Of a stretch of DNA of 64,000 nucleotides, positions 26,001 to 40,040 are shown in pieces; the first letter of the stretch is position 1, and every line of letters starts with the position of its first letter. Source of the DNA: Haplodiscus bocki (lineage: Eukaryota). The notes under the pieces are model-generated. The model saw only the letters and a program-made list of their open reading frames with translations. It searched no databases and was not told the DNA's origin. Made by a program: the position numbers and the translations under genes. The DNA lies in contig OZ296654.1 in NCBI GenBank assembly GCA_965655095.1, positions 40,982,001-41,046,000 on the forward strand, written 5' to 3'.

Positions 26001-27245
26001 AGACCTTGCTCCTTTAAATGTTTTTCAGTAAACACTTTTCTCTCCATCAACTGTTTTAGATACGGCAACAACATCCTAAATTAACCTTTATTCTCTGTTC
26101 CTCAGAAAGAGTTTTCGAAATAATTACCAACTCCTTTGGAACAATTTAGATCAATCTTGTTTTTGAAAAATTTTCAAACCCTCTCTCTGATAATGATTTA
26201 CTTCCATTCTTGATTAAAGATGAAAACACTCATCCAACTAACCTTAATTTACTTCAAACCAACACTGTAACTAATTCTCAAGTTGAAAATCTACCTAATA
26301 TGATCACACGAGCAATCAGTGCAAATAAACGTATGGATCACAAAATTGTTAAGATATGTTCAATTTCATCAACCATCATTGAAAAAGTTTTGCTCAAAAA
26401 TCAGATCAAAATACTTGTACTGGTTTCCAACATCAAACACAATCAACTTCCGTTAATTTAAAACCAACTTTCAACAAAACTAAAACCACTGAAAGTATAT
26501 CTACCACTGAAGTCACCGGAGTCTCAATTCCAACGAGTTCTGCTCTGATACCAGATATTACAATACCACTGCAAGTTTTCAAAAAAACCATTCAAACCAA
26601 TCATGATAATTGTAATGAATCTTACATATCCTTAAAGTGTACATCTCAGCATAAATCTTCTGGTGTAAATTCTCATCAACTTCATATCCAAGACACTGGA
26701 ATTCTATCATTTTCTCAATTTATAAGAATCAAAGGATTATACCAATGTACAAGTCATTTACTGATTAAATTAACCAAATTGAAAACAACCAAACTGTAGC
26801 AAATCAACCAAATAGATCAAACGATAAAACAGTTATCCTAAATACAACAACAACAACTGTTCCTACGCTGTCAAGACATCTTTTGGCTCGGCTGATATTT
26901 CCTTATACCTACTCATTAAGTAGCATTAAGTAGTCCCAACAATATTCCATTTCGAACAAATACTATTTTAAACGCCACTGCAAACCTATGTGAAACGTTA
27001 TATCAACAACACACTGCACCTAAAATAGGCCCCTCTGCGTTTTGATTCATCGTCTTCCACTGTAAATCCAATAAGTCGTTCTTGTGTTACCACTCAAAAA
27101 TATACTGTACCTTTTGTTGCGATGAACAAATCTGTGAAAACATTTGATTACCTTGATCATCAATACACTCCTGAAGAATATTTATATCAAATTGATGCAC
27201 ATATGATTTTTACTGTGAGAGAACAACCTCTCGATCCTGTAGGGT

Positions 27246-30200
27246 AAAATTTCAAAAAACGTATCAATCAAAACTGTCACTATTGTCATTTTTTGGTAAT
27301 CCTGGATTTTCAGGAAACCGACCTCAACATCAGGTTCATCATTTTTCTGACGAATAGTCCTGTTCAAATAAAGATTTTTTACTTGAGCCCTTGATGGAAG
27401 GATTGAAGCTTGTAAACAATCGACAATTATCATTTCGAAAAACAGGTTGTAGTTATTGATAACATTTTGGCATTTTCTACCGGTCACGAATGGCAGGCAA
27501 GGAAGAAGCATACACACCAAATGCTCATTGGTTTGCTCGCGTTCGGAACTCCTCAGGAAACAAAAAAGTCTGCCTACATTGATTAAATGGAAATTTGAGG
27601 GTTCACAGTTCCACATACACCTCATATTTATATCACATCGATATTCATCTTCCACCGACTGAACCTATCGCAAAATTTGTTGGCAAATAAAACATGGTGC
27701 GTAATACACTGAAGTGTCCAAAAAGTTCAAGCCTCTATTTTCTTGTTTGGTTCACTTCTTTGTAATTTTCTAATGTTTGTTTATTGATTTAAAAAGTAGT
27801 TTAGTTGCGGAAGCGGATTCATATCGCAGGCAAGTTTGAGGAAAAACGAGTTTCACAAGCAACAAAAAAGCCATCACAGTTTAACTTTTCGTCATTTTTG
27901 GCTAATCATATTTTTTCGGTTAATTGTGCAAAAATTTAGTGAATTGCAGTCAGAACACCCTTCAACAGATAAGACAAAACTATAGAATTTTGCCTTGATG
28001 GAGGAACTGCAGCCAATAGTTTTAGACAAATGAGAATTTGAAACTAGGTATATTATAGGACTAATATAATTTCTGCACTATTCTGGACTCTAGGATTGTC
28101 GTGCAAAGATCAAAGTCCATAAATTTTCTGTTGAGTAGTCTTCTTCAGGCAAGAAGGTTTCATTTGAGCTCTCGATGGAAGGAATCAAATTCATCGTTAT
28201 GGACATTTTTCATAGCGGATACCTACTTTAACTTTTCGATGTCAGATTTGGCAATTTTAAGTGGTCACGAAGCGAAAGCAAAGAAAAAAAGTTCACACCG
28301 AAGACTCAGTGCTATGCTTAAATTAGACAATTTCTGGAAAAAAAAGATTATCGTGCCTTAATCCTTGGAATGGAATTTCCGGCCCCTTTCCGTTTGATAT
28401 AAATCTACGCTTTTGAAAATTCTTCAGCATAAATCAATTCAATTGATTTTCTTCATAAAGGTGCGAGTCTATCAAAAAAAACTTTCAGAAAAGCCTAATG
28501 TGGGAAACACTAGTGTGTCAAAAGCGGTCAAGCTTTTATTTCACTTGTCTATTTCTTATTTTGTTATTTTCTAGTACATATAGTATTTTGAAAAAAGTTA
28601 TTACAGTTGTGCGAGCAGATTTATATCGCAGAAGAACTTTGGAAACATTTGAGTTTGACTGGTGACAAAATTACAATTATCGTTCAACTTTTCGACAATT
28701 TCGGTTAATTACGACAACTCAGTTGATTGATCAAAAATCAAGGAATTTCAAATGGAAGACCATGTACATGTGAAAAGCTGCCAGTTACTGCCTTGATGGA
28801 AGAAGAGAAGCCAATAGGTATAGAGCAAAGACATTTTAAAAAAAGTTTTTTCAATTCAACCCTAAAATCAGTTTTTGGTTTTTCTGGACTATCAAGGTTC
28901 CAACGCAAAACCTGAAGTCCATATTTTTTTCAAAGTCTTTCTCAATTAGAGAGCTCTTACGCTTCGTTGTCAAACGGGATCAGTATCATTTTGAGAAACA
29001 ATATGTAAATTTCTATAACATGTTTGGATTTTTCGATGTGTCACAAAATGGAAGCAGAGAAAAACCTACAGTCAGTTTTACGCTCGAGGTAGGAAATTCT
29101 CTGAATCAAAAAACCATGCGTTTTTCGGTTGAGCGAAACCTCGGCGCCTCAAGGTTTGACAAAATGCTACACCTTTGAAAAGTATTCAAAAGAGATCGAA
29201 ATTCAAATCTTGTGAAAAAATTTTGTCCACGAAGTCTGTGTGCAAATAAAACATACGCTATTGTAAAACATACACATTTAGAGGAGAAATACCTGAAATA
29301 TCATTGGACAAAATGTAATTACGTTTATTTTTTTTATCTATGATTTTTAATGATTTTTTATGATCTTGATCAAAATTTAGTGTTGAAGGATTACCCAAGT
29401 AGAGAATACTTGTTTTCTCGAGCGAAATATAGAGAAATCTCAGAAATATCTGAGTACAAGAGTTAGATCAAGTCAATATTGTCCGTAGTTTTAACTTAGC
29501 CTACCAACCACTGAAACATCTGTAGAGGATAATAAAATTTGGTGCGATGACAGTGAAGAATCATCCTCGTCAATCTTTCATACCTTCACTCTCAACAGGT
29601 TTTGCTATTCCTTCTTCAACATTTCATTTCACGTGTTTTTCTTCGATTTTCAGACAACTTTTTCGAAAAAATCAAAACATCGAAAAAAAAATTTCTAGAA
29701 TTTCGTTCAGTCATTACGACTTTAAACTTTGTCCTTTGGACTCTAAACTTCGATAGTGGTATAGTGGTTTAAGTTTTAAAATTGATAGTCGTTTCAACTC
29801 TAAACTTCTAGTACTTTGGACTTTATTCTTCGAAGGTCTTTTCGACTAAAAACTTGGCCATATTTTTTACATTAGTGTTCGCTGTCGGTCTTAGTAACTG
29901 AATCTCGCTTAGAACCTGACTCTACTCCATTCTAGTATTGCAAAACGGACCCTGAGGTTGGAACATTCTAGCGTTAGGGAAGCATTCATTTTTCTTCAAT
30001 TCCGCTTTAATTCTACAATTTAGTATACCGTTTTTATAAAAAAAAAACGAGAAATTTTTTCGTATACTCTGCAGTTTTCACATTCCACCTCTGTAATACA
30101 TTATTTCCTTCTTAAATTTCTATCACCACTCGCACTGAATCCTCTTTTACATTTCATACTATATTATCTGTATTCATAAAATATTTTCGTTGGCAAAATT

Positions 30201-33200
30201 CATTGCTAATTGCTGGTCAAATAATTTCATTTCTTAGAAAGTTCTCTTCAAACTCCTCTACTGTTGCCATGATTTCATCTATCATGCACCGCAAAATATT
30301 CATTCTAGATAGTTTTATAATTTGTAGTTCCCCATTTTTTTTTTCCACCGCGTAAGATTTAAAGTCAAGTCAGGACATGAAATTTGCTTTGCATAGCGTC
30401 TTTGGACTTTTCTGTTGCTGACTACTAAGGTGACTTCCTTAAACTTAGTTAGGACTTAGTTTTCAACTACAAGAATCCTTAGATAGTACTGAACTCTGTT
30501 CTACCTATCGAAGTTCTCTGGACTTGTAAACGTAAAAATAAAAATGGACAATCAGTTTCGATCACACATTGTGCGCCAACCTTGATTGATCAGAGCTTCG
30601 CAGTCTTCGTCTTAAAAGTATATCCCCTTGTCACTATCCCCACTCTAAAAAATAAAATCCATCACACGCAAACCTACACTTGATTTTTGCTAGAAATCTT
30701 TTAGTTGAACGCAATTTCGAATGTTTTTCGTATATTTGCCAAAAACCATTTGGCTGAAGGCAACATTTTAAATGATTAATGTTTTTATGCCGTCATCATA
30801 GTTTTTTATTTTTGGTTGCCCGAATTATATATACATATACATTATTCTGAAATTTTATTCAATTAATTTTTTGCGACGAATTGCTTTAGCAGTTCTTTTA
30901 TTGTTTCGTAAAATCCTCTGGATTCAAATATTTCCAATGCCTCTGGAGAAATTATGAAATCATGTCAAGTAAACGAATTGCTATTTCACACTTGGATACT
31001 CCATCAGAAAAGAAAATGATGATAATAACAAACACACTGGGAACAATACTGAAAGCCTTCAAGGTGAAACATCTGTAGAAATTAATACACCTCCAACTGA
31101 TAATACACAACAACATAATCTGCAAATCGCAGAATATTCTTTTTTTGAGATATTGACTGGACAAATATCAATCCTATCTGTAGAATTGCAGCAATACTTC
31201 TCGAAAAATTTTTCATCAGAACAAACTCTAATTGAAAATGAACGTTTACGATCATAATATCAACGAAGAATTCAAGCTGCCAATCAATTTTTACAAAAAC
31301 GAGAACTGGAACGTAATAAATTGATACAACAATTGAATCAACTTGATAATAAAATCAACATGACAAAATTCTATGGGAAAAAAATCAACTGAAACCTTCA
31401 ACATCAAAAAAGATAATACTACCACTAGTTGCAAGATCTGACTTTTTCATTCCTTCACCAATCGTCTTCATTTCATTACACAAACACAAAAACGAGCACA
31501 TACGGATACTATTAACTTCACTAGGATTCTCATATAAAACTCAACAAACTCTCTGCCATTTGAAAAACATGAATTTTCAATTTCTACAATCCTTCTGATT
31601 AGAGAACACCATGACTCCTTTATAAAATATAATCATCATAACCCAGTTAAAAACAGTATTACTGAGATCCTTTTGAAGACAAAACACTCTAGAAAAAATT
31701 TTTTCACCATTTCAAAAGGTATTCGTACATTTTCTGAAAAAAGTGCAAGAAGCTAATGAACTTTTATAACAACCTATAGTTGTTTCTTCTGTAATTGATG
31801 AACTTCGTATTAAACAACAATTCTTCGAAACTTCTGAATCGGAAAAAGGTAACGGACTAAGTAACCCACGCCACTGGTCTTTAGGAGAAACTCCTCAATT
31901 AACTGCTTTTCAATATACAATTTTCTTTCAAATAACTGTTCTAGACACTGTAACAATACCACAAAATAAGCTTTAGTCTTCATTCTAGACTGAAACTGAA
32001 AAACCTCGAAAACGGTACCACCACAACAAGTTGCACGATCTGAATTTTCAAATCCCATTCCATTCATTTTTCATGTTATAACAGAACGACAAAAAGGAGC
32101 GTAAAATGCTGATGATATCAGCATCACTGATAATCTAATTTTTTCTTCCAACAAATTCTCTGCCTTTTGAAAAACACTCTAGTAGAATTTTTCAATTTCT
32201 GTGATTAGATAACACCATGATTCTTATTCATATTACAATTATTAAAAAACTTGTGAATCAAGTTTTGCTGATGTACTTTTCACTGTATTTCTTAACCCAG
32301 TTGCGAACATTAACACTGGAATCATTTCAAAGACAATGAAGCCAAGGGATATTGATCTACCAATTCAAGATGCATTCTTACATTTTGTGAATAAACCGCA
32401 AGAACCTATGGAAGTTTTAGAACAACGTATTGTTGTTTCCTCTGCAATTGATCAACTTCGTGAAAAACAACACCTTTTTGAAACTTCTGAATCGGATGGA
32501 GTCAAAAAACTTCAAAATCCACAACACTGGTTGTTGTCGAGACCTTGCTCGTTTAAATGTTTTTCAGTAAACACTTTTCTCTCCATCAACTGTTTTAGAT
32601 ACGGCAACAACATCCTAAATTAACCTTTATTCTCTGTTCCTCAGAAAGAGTTTTCGAATTAATTACCAACTCCTTTGGTACAATTTAGATCAATCTTGTT
32701 TTTGAAAAATTTTCAAACCCTCTCTCTGATAATGATTTACTTCCATTCTTGATTAAAGATGAAAACACTCATCCAACTAACCTTAATTTACTTCAAACCA
32801 ACACTGTAACTAATTCTCAAGTTGAAAATCTACCTAATATGATCACACGAGCAATCAGTGCAAACAAACGTATGGATCACAAAATTGTTGAGATATAATC
32901 AATTTCATCAACCATCATTGAAAAACTTTTGCTCAAAAATCAAAACAAAATACTTGTACTGGTTTCCAACATCAAACACAATCAACTTCCGTTAATTTAA
33001 AACCAACTTTCAACAAAACTAAAACCACTGAAAGTATATCTACCACTGAAGTCACCGGAGTCTCAATTCCAACGAGTTCTGCTCTGATACCAGATATTAC
33101 AATACCACTGCAAGTTTTCAAAAAACCATTCGAACCATTCATGATATTTGTAATGAATCTTACATATCCTTAAAGTGTACATCTCAGCATAAATCTTCTG

Positions 33201-33774
33201 GTGTAAATTCTCATCAACTTCATGTCCAAGACACTGGAATTCTATCATTTTCTCAATTTATAAGAATCAAAGAATTTTACCAATGTACAAGTCATTAACT
33301 GATTAAATTAACCAAATTGAAAACAACCAAACTGTAGCAAATCAACCAAAGAAGATCAAACGATAAAACAGTTATCCTAAATATAACAACAACAACTGTT
33401 CCTACGCTGTCAAGACCTCTTTTGGCTCGGCTGATATTTTCTGATACCTACTCATTAAGTAGTCCCAACAATATTCCATTTCGAACAAATACTATTTTAA
33501 ACGCCACTGCAAACCTATGTGAAACGTTATATCAACAACACACTGCACCTAAAATAGGCCCCTCTGCAATTTGATTCATCGTCTTCCACTGTAAATCCAA
33601 TAAGTCGTTCTTGTGTTACCACTCAAAAATATACTGTACCTTTTGTTGCGATGAACAAATCTGTGAAAACATTTGATTACCTTGATCATCAATACACTCC
33701 TGAAGAATATTTATATCAAATTGATGCACATATGATTTTTACTGTGAGAGAACAACCTCTCGATCCTGTAGGTT
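27246..33774. repeat. Tandem segmental duplication, copy 2
   Basis: The junction cgatcctgtagggt|AAAATttcaaaaaacg joins gag sequence to array sequence. AAAAT is shared by both parental ends (20711-20715 and 33775-33779). Confidence 0.97.
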
Positions 33775-34600
33775 AAAATAAAGGGCACAAACAAAAAACA
33801 ACAATTAGACAATGTTCTTTATCTGTAATCGTTTTGATCTGGTTTTTGCAACTTCATGAAAATTACAATAATGACTGGTCTGCCTTTGTATCTGCTTTTA
33901 AAAGAAACTTTTCTTCACAGAAAACTGAAAGTTACAAACAAGTTGAAGCTCAGGTTTTCAACAAATAAAGAAATTGAAAATGTAGGTCATGATGCACTGA
34001 AAGTCGAACAAATAGTTGAAAAGTGCTGGTGTAATGAATCTGCTGCAACTATTAACCTCAGGTGTAAGGAAATTTTCACTAGAAGAATACCAAGAAAACT
34101 GAAAGACTTTGCTCAAAACTGCAAGTCAAACATACTTGTACTTTTGTTTTTGGGTAGATCTTTTGCTTTTGGAACCTTCCACTCCACTTCAGACGCTTGT
34201 TCAACTTGTTGATGCTTTGGATATTACGAAAGAAAAAATGCATATTTTTGCTTTACCACTGGAAAAAAAATGTAACATCAAAACTGGAATCTCAAAAAAC
34301 ATCTGCTGAAACATATGATCCAAGTCCTGAAGTCAGGTTTATACAAGCAACTGATCCGGATATTAGGAGTAAACCTCAATATCGGAAATACTGTAAATAG
34401 TGTCATATATACACTCAATCTGTTTCAAATAAGTTTTGCAAACAACTCGAAGCTGAAAAAAGAAAACCAAATAATTAATCTAAGCCAAAGTCGTTTGCGA
34501 CATCTTTCAATCATTACTTTAAAGCATACCAGAATCAAAATATTCTAAAAGCGCAACATTAATCCTACCCTGTAAACTACTATTCACGTAGTAGTTATCA
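30962..34600 (+). pseudogene. gag relic of the Gypsy element (3' boundary approximate)
   Basis: MSSKRIAISH start. Core at ~33660-33955 reads KTFDYLDHQYTPEEYLYQIDAHM...WFLQLHENYNNDWSAFVSAFKRNFSSQK. A Cys/His-bearing segment (KYCK*CHIYTQSV) lies near 34385. Many stops and frameshifts. Confidence 0.7.
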
Positions 34601-34799
34601 TTCACCAACTATAGAATTTGACAGTAGTTTAGAAAATTAATTTCTTCAGATTGACTTCCATCAAAACCGCGTTCTTGATCTGAGTCTGCATCTAGAAGAT
34701 TTGTCAATATTATACAACCAATTTACTCTGCAAAGCATGCCCAATGCACTGGAAAAATTTCAACGTCAAAAAAACAAATTCGAAGTTAACGGGAAAACT

Positions 34800-36420
34800 A
34801 CTGAAATGACAAATGCTATTACTCCAACAACTTGGTTTTATATTCTTTATATCCATTCTGAGTTTGAAACTGATTCAAATATACCTTCAAGACTGGAAAT
34901 CGCTTCTCTAACGCATAACGGTGCATCTATTTTGGTACTTAACATACCAGTTTATATGATCATCATTCAAATGCTCAATGTTTGTCATCATGATCGAAAG
35001 GATACATCAAAAACATTGACTAGTGCAAACCAAACTGATATTCCAAATAAACAGTGCATCTCTGTCAGTTGTTTCTCATCAATAGAAACAGATCCAATAT
35101 TTTTCATGATCCCTTTCGCTGTAACTGATACTAATTATAACATCCTCGGAACGCCATCCTAACAAAAAATACAGACTGAACATTTTATTGGATGGTTTAC
35201 AAAAAAACGGAAAAAAAAACAAAATGGTTCAAGGTTTTCTGAAAAACCGTTTTATGGAACTACTTTTCTGAATCCATTGAATATTATAAAAAGAATACGT
35301 CTTCCAAAATTGTGTCGGATGCCGGAGATCTCAACTCAAACACTGATCAATCAGCTGAATCTGGGCCACTGGAGCCTTTACCAACACAGCTTGCTAGGGC
35401 AAACAAAAAACCAATATATGCAATTGATGTTATGTACGCATATGCACATGCTACATTAGATGACTAAATGGATCTTCATCTAGTGATAATCTTTTTGTTT
35501 TCATTAGAGAATTCAATGGCCCCAAACGTCTTCGAAACTTTCCCACAAAACATGTTTCTCTGTTCAAATATTTGATTCGTCAAGTATTTGCACGGGTGTA
35601 TATTGATGAAATTCTACTGATGTCTATCTCTAGACAACATATGCTGCAACCTATCAAACGACTTCACGATATTGCTAATTAACAGAATTTGAAAAAAGCT
35701 CCTGAAAAACTTTTCTTCATGCGTGCTACTATAAAACATCTTGATCATGAAGTTGTTTCTAATACAATCAAACCAATTTAACTCAAAAATGCTGCAATCC
35801 ATAAAAAAACGTTCTCCTACTAAAAAACTGGATTGATCAGGTTCATTTTCTCAATGAACTTCAATTTCTGTTCTATTTCTTAATGAAAAACTTCATGTTA
35901 ACATGAAACTTTTGCATGATTCATTACATCATAATACCGAATTTCACTAGAACAATGAACTGGATACAATGTTTAAACAAATTAAAACTTCTATTAGAAA
36001 AGATGTTACGGTGATGTTACACAACACAAACAATCCATTTTTTTTTCACTGTAGATTTTTCCTTGATTGCTTTAGGCTGTGTTCTATTCCAAATGTATGA
36101 TAAAGGGAGAATTGGATATTTTATCCCAGAATTCTCAAATTTTTACAACTAATGAACAGAAACTCTGCACTACAGATCGCGAATTGATGGGAATCGTATT
36201 TTCACTAACAATATACGAAAATAATAATATTGGCTCTGAACCTTTCATTATTGTTTTGATCGATCCTAAACTAGTTCTTAGCTTTTTCACTAAGAATGGG
36301 AACCTTTCTTCAAAATTCTACACAGCACAAATGCAATTAATCAAATTTCAGAAACTTCGTTATATTTATACGAAAGGAAAGAATTCTTTCTGTAGCTGAT
36401 ACGTTAAGCCGTTCTTTTAC
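34800..36420 (+). pseudogene. pol relic: aspartic protease, reverse transcriptase, RNase H
   Basis: Protease-like LEIASLTHNGASILVLN (eroded D-x-G-A) and YNILGTP. RT segments GTTFLNPL.., DAGDLNSNT, AIDVMYAYAH and VYIDEIL (eroded YIDD, ~35598). RNase H TVDFSLIALGCVLFQ, EQKLCTTDRELMGIVFSL and KGKN..VADTLSR. Confidence 0.88.
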
Positions 36421-37733
36421 CCAAATAAAATTTCAACTAAGTCAACCAAATCAAACCTGTACACTATTTGGTTAAACATGAACCTGTACTTCCTTAACAA
36501 AAGGACGAATTTCACCCTATTTTTGCTGACTTTGAAATTGATCAGTTCTCCATTAGTTTTTTTGATGAAACAGAAAACATCATATCGAAACCACTACATT
36601 CCTATTCTTTTGCAGATGATAAACCATTTCAAAGTCATTATAAAAAACCAATCAAGAAAATTATTAAAACATTAATACAAAAACCTGCATTTCTAAATGA
36701 TAAATACATCAGTGATATGGATGATTTTATTGAAGAAAAGATACCACAAAATGATGGTCCTTTTTCCCTTAATTTATCACTGAATAGTAATCCATCTACC
36801 TCTGAAAAGTTTAATGAATCTGAAAATGAAAAATTACAATTGCCACCTAATCATGAAGCTCATCCATCTGTAATCAAACAATCATTACAATCATTCTCCA
36901 AAAAATAGTAGGAGCTGGAAATTTCGATAGAAACCTCTAACTAAAAGTCCAGATTTCTTGCCGCAGGTTTCTGGAAATATTGAACCGTCGAGCTCATTTT
37001 TAATTGACAAAAGTCAATTTGAAATCAGTGAACATGAGAATTCTATTACTCTTCGTTAAACTTATTTGCATAACACAAAATTGCCAACTGCAAACTCTCC
37101 TCAGGACAATAAACATAAAACGTCATCATTTTTGACCCAACTCTCAGATCCCATCCCACAAACATTCCTTAAAAGTACTTTCCACCAAAAATAACCCTCA
37201 CTCTCTATGATATATTTTCATCCCAAAAATCATACAATTTGATGAATTCAAAAACACTGAAAACTATCAAAAATAAGATTTAGTGCTTCAAACTGTTATA
37301 AACTATGATCACAATCCACACTGAACACACATAATTAAAAAATCTGCTTCCTGGTTTTTTTTGAGATTCTGATATCTTTCATTCTTTCTCTGTTCGTCTT
37401 TGTATCAAGTTCTTTTTTTGGACTGCATCAAGTTCTTTTTTGACTCTGAGAAACAAACATCCAATTTAACTTATCTTCTAAAGTTACCTGCTGGAACGAC
37501 TCTGTTAATAACACAAGCTCTGAAAAATTTTTAATCCCTCAATCTGCACACAATTTCATTTTCACTGCAATGTTTCATCAATGCAATTTGTTCTCATCGA
37601 CAAATTGAGAAACCCACAGAAGATGAGTCCATTTCTACTCGTAGGTAAAAACTTACTATTTTCTCATTATGAGTGCTACTGAAAATTCTTTGGAATTTCT
37701 CGTCCTCCCACTGAATTTGAACATCAAGCTCTG

Positions 37734-40040
37734 ATGATCACTGTGCCAAATGATTACAAAGAACCTGTTTCGCCACAAAGCTCGCTCTCTGAATTTTTTC
37801 AAGATTCTACTCCTTTAACTGCAGTTTGGAACTCTTTACACGGGTACAACAACTCTCAGAATGAACAAATGGAAGTTCAAGGAGCCTCTAATAGTGCTCC
37901 TTTATGTGTTATAGATGATTCGAAAACTCGCCAAAAAAACAAAAACTCTGCCCCTGCTTCTTCCACGTCCCCGAAGAGGAAATACTTCACCTTCAAATGT
38001 TTTGCCTCCTATTCTGAAAGCGTCTCGAAACCTCATTTACATAGAGATGATTCTTTAACATCTCAGTTATCAACTGAACAATTCCAATTCAAACCTCAAT
38101 TGACATCGCTCTATATTGTTTCATCACCGTATAAATTTCAATTAAATCCAAATCGCTATAATGATCATTACATCTTGTGTGCGTCTAAACATTTAGCTCC
38201 ATATGAGTACTGGAGTGCAAATGATCGAAAAAAATCACTCTGCAAATCATTTTTCAACGAGTTTCAGTATTTGATTTGCATACTGATGATTCAAATCCGA
38301 ATATCCAATCTTTGAACAAGAAAAGTGTCCATCATGAAACAAACAAACGTTTTTGGGGAAAAATATTCCTTCCAACTCCACAAAAGACTCCATACTTCGA
38401 AATAGGAAGTTCATCTCTCCATTTTTACTTAATTTCTTCTATAAATTTAAAACTGCATTTACAACCCTTTGATCACCCACTGAATGATAAAGCTCGAAAA
38501 ATATATAATACTCTTGCTTCTTCACAACACTATTCACATAGTGAACTCCTCTTTTTGACAGCACAAGCAGCTGGTTTTGTTTCGAAAACGCAATATGTAT
38601 GTCTTTTTCCTATGCTCAAGTTACCATTTCTGCAAAAGTTTTTGGAAAAAATTCTGAAATTGAACATAAAAATGTTCAATCAACTGAATTTCAAAAAAAA
38701 TGTTTCATCTCATCAAACAAATTGAGGAAAGTATTGAACCATTCCGAGCTATTAATTCTGAACTATCTGGTATTGAATTTTTGAAGAAAGTTCTTCAAGG
38801 ATATCACGCTGCATGTTTCTCCTGTGCAAAATTGCAATTGAGTCTGAAGACCATGCAAAATTCTTCTACTGAATTGCAGTCTGCTGTCGCATTACTCAAA
38901 CAAATTTTTACTATTAACCACCCGTTAGAAATAGGACACTGAAATTTTTTTGTTATTGAACAATTCCTTTATAGGTAATATAACTTTTTTTTCTGTGACA
39001 TCTATGATTTTTATCTCTGTAAAAAATTCTTTACCTCTGAAAAAAATCTTTTGAACAAAATAATATCATTCATTTTTGTTTTTTTTATGATCTCAAGTGC
39101 TGAAGACTTCCAAAAATCCTGACTTTTGATGAAAAATAGACTTTCTAACTCACAGGTTTTGTTTACACATATACCTTCCTGATGTGCCTCACCTGCAAGT
39201 CACAATCAGGCAACCAAAACTTCCAAACTCAAAAGACAATTGAAAAGGCTGCACTTCGTGTTCTCCTCAACAAGGCTCTACAAACTATGAAGGAAACCAC
39301 AGATGATTGTAAAAATACATTTTGCAACACAACAAGTTTTCATCGCATCCACGTTCATTTTTTCAAGCTCTTTTCTCCTCAATGAAATGATCAAACTGAC
39401 TAAAACTTTTCAATCAATACCTTGTTAGTCCATCTTCTCAACAAAAATTATTCCCTGGAAACTTTTCATGAACACAAAAACACTGATGCTGAGAATTTCA
39501 AAAATGAAGTCATCAATGTCTTCACTCAAATAAAATTCGATAATTCTTCTGAAACTCAAATTTCCACAAATCATGCCTTCTTAGCCCCTCATGAATAAGT
39601 CAACGGTCCTGAATGCTTTCCACATAAACCTGCCACACACTATTCCTCACCAAAATTCGATGTTGATGATGGAGTCTCTGCAAAAAGTGACACAATGAAA
39701 GTCAATTATGCTAACTGCGATTATCCTTCTCTTTACTCTGCAACTATTTCAAGGAATGATCCCTCTGTATTTCTGCGTAACTTTATTCATGATTCATTTT
39801 CAACCTACCTCATTCATAGAATGATTGGCATTCGCAGCAAAAATTTAGATCTACAAAAGATCATTCCCCTAATGATTCAAAATCTTCCCTCGGAAAAATA
39901 AAATGACTGCAAAAACAAATCTGTCCACATTTATTCCTCACAGAACTCTGGAATACTGAAATTTCATGAACCTGAACTCTGTGACTCTATAAGCAATAAC
40001 TCTGATTTTATTTACAAAAAATTTTTGAAAATTTTATAAA
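37734..40040 (+). pseudogene. Additional long ORF relic(s) between pol and the 3' LTR, function unknown
   Basis: Overlapping same-strand ORF pieces 37734-38315, 38276-38725, 38599-38784, 38700-38942, 39182-39385 and 39695-39901 behave like one or two frameshifted ORFs. No integrase or env motif recognised. Confidence 0.55.

Larger units (their letters stand above)
20711..27245. repeat. Tandem segmental duplication, copy 1 (6535 bp)
   Basis: 20711 onward matches 27246 onward base for base apart from scattered differences. The ORF track shows paired ORFs (e.g. 20921/27456, 22189/28727, 25271/31810). Confidence 0.97.
22724..27245 (+). mobile_element. Truncated duplicate of the Gypsy 5' half (LTR, leader, gag N-terminal part)
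   Basis: Gag-like start MSSKRIAISHLDTPSE at 24424. The copy ends within the gag core (..YLYQIDAHMIFTVREQPLDPV) at the duplication junction. Confidence 0.85.

Noticed and set aside
22724-27245. A specific TAT/ATA-centred mutation signature between the duplicate copies
   Set aside because: About 16 of ~89 differences hit the centre of TAT/ATA, but a rough expectation from this AT-rich composition is ~12. Not convincing without polarised genome-wide counts.
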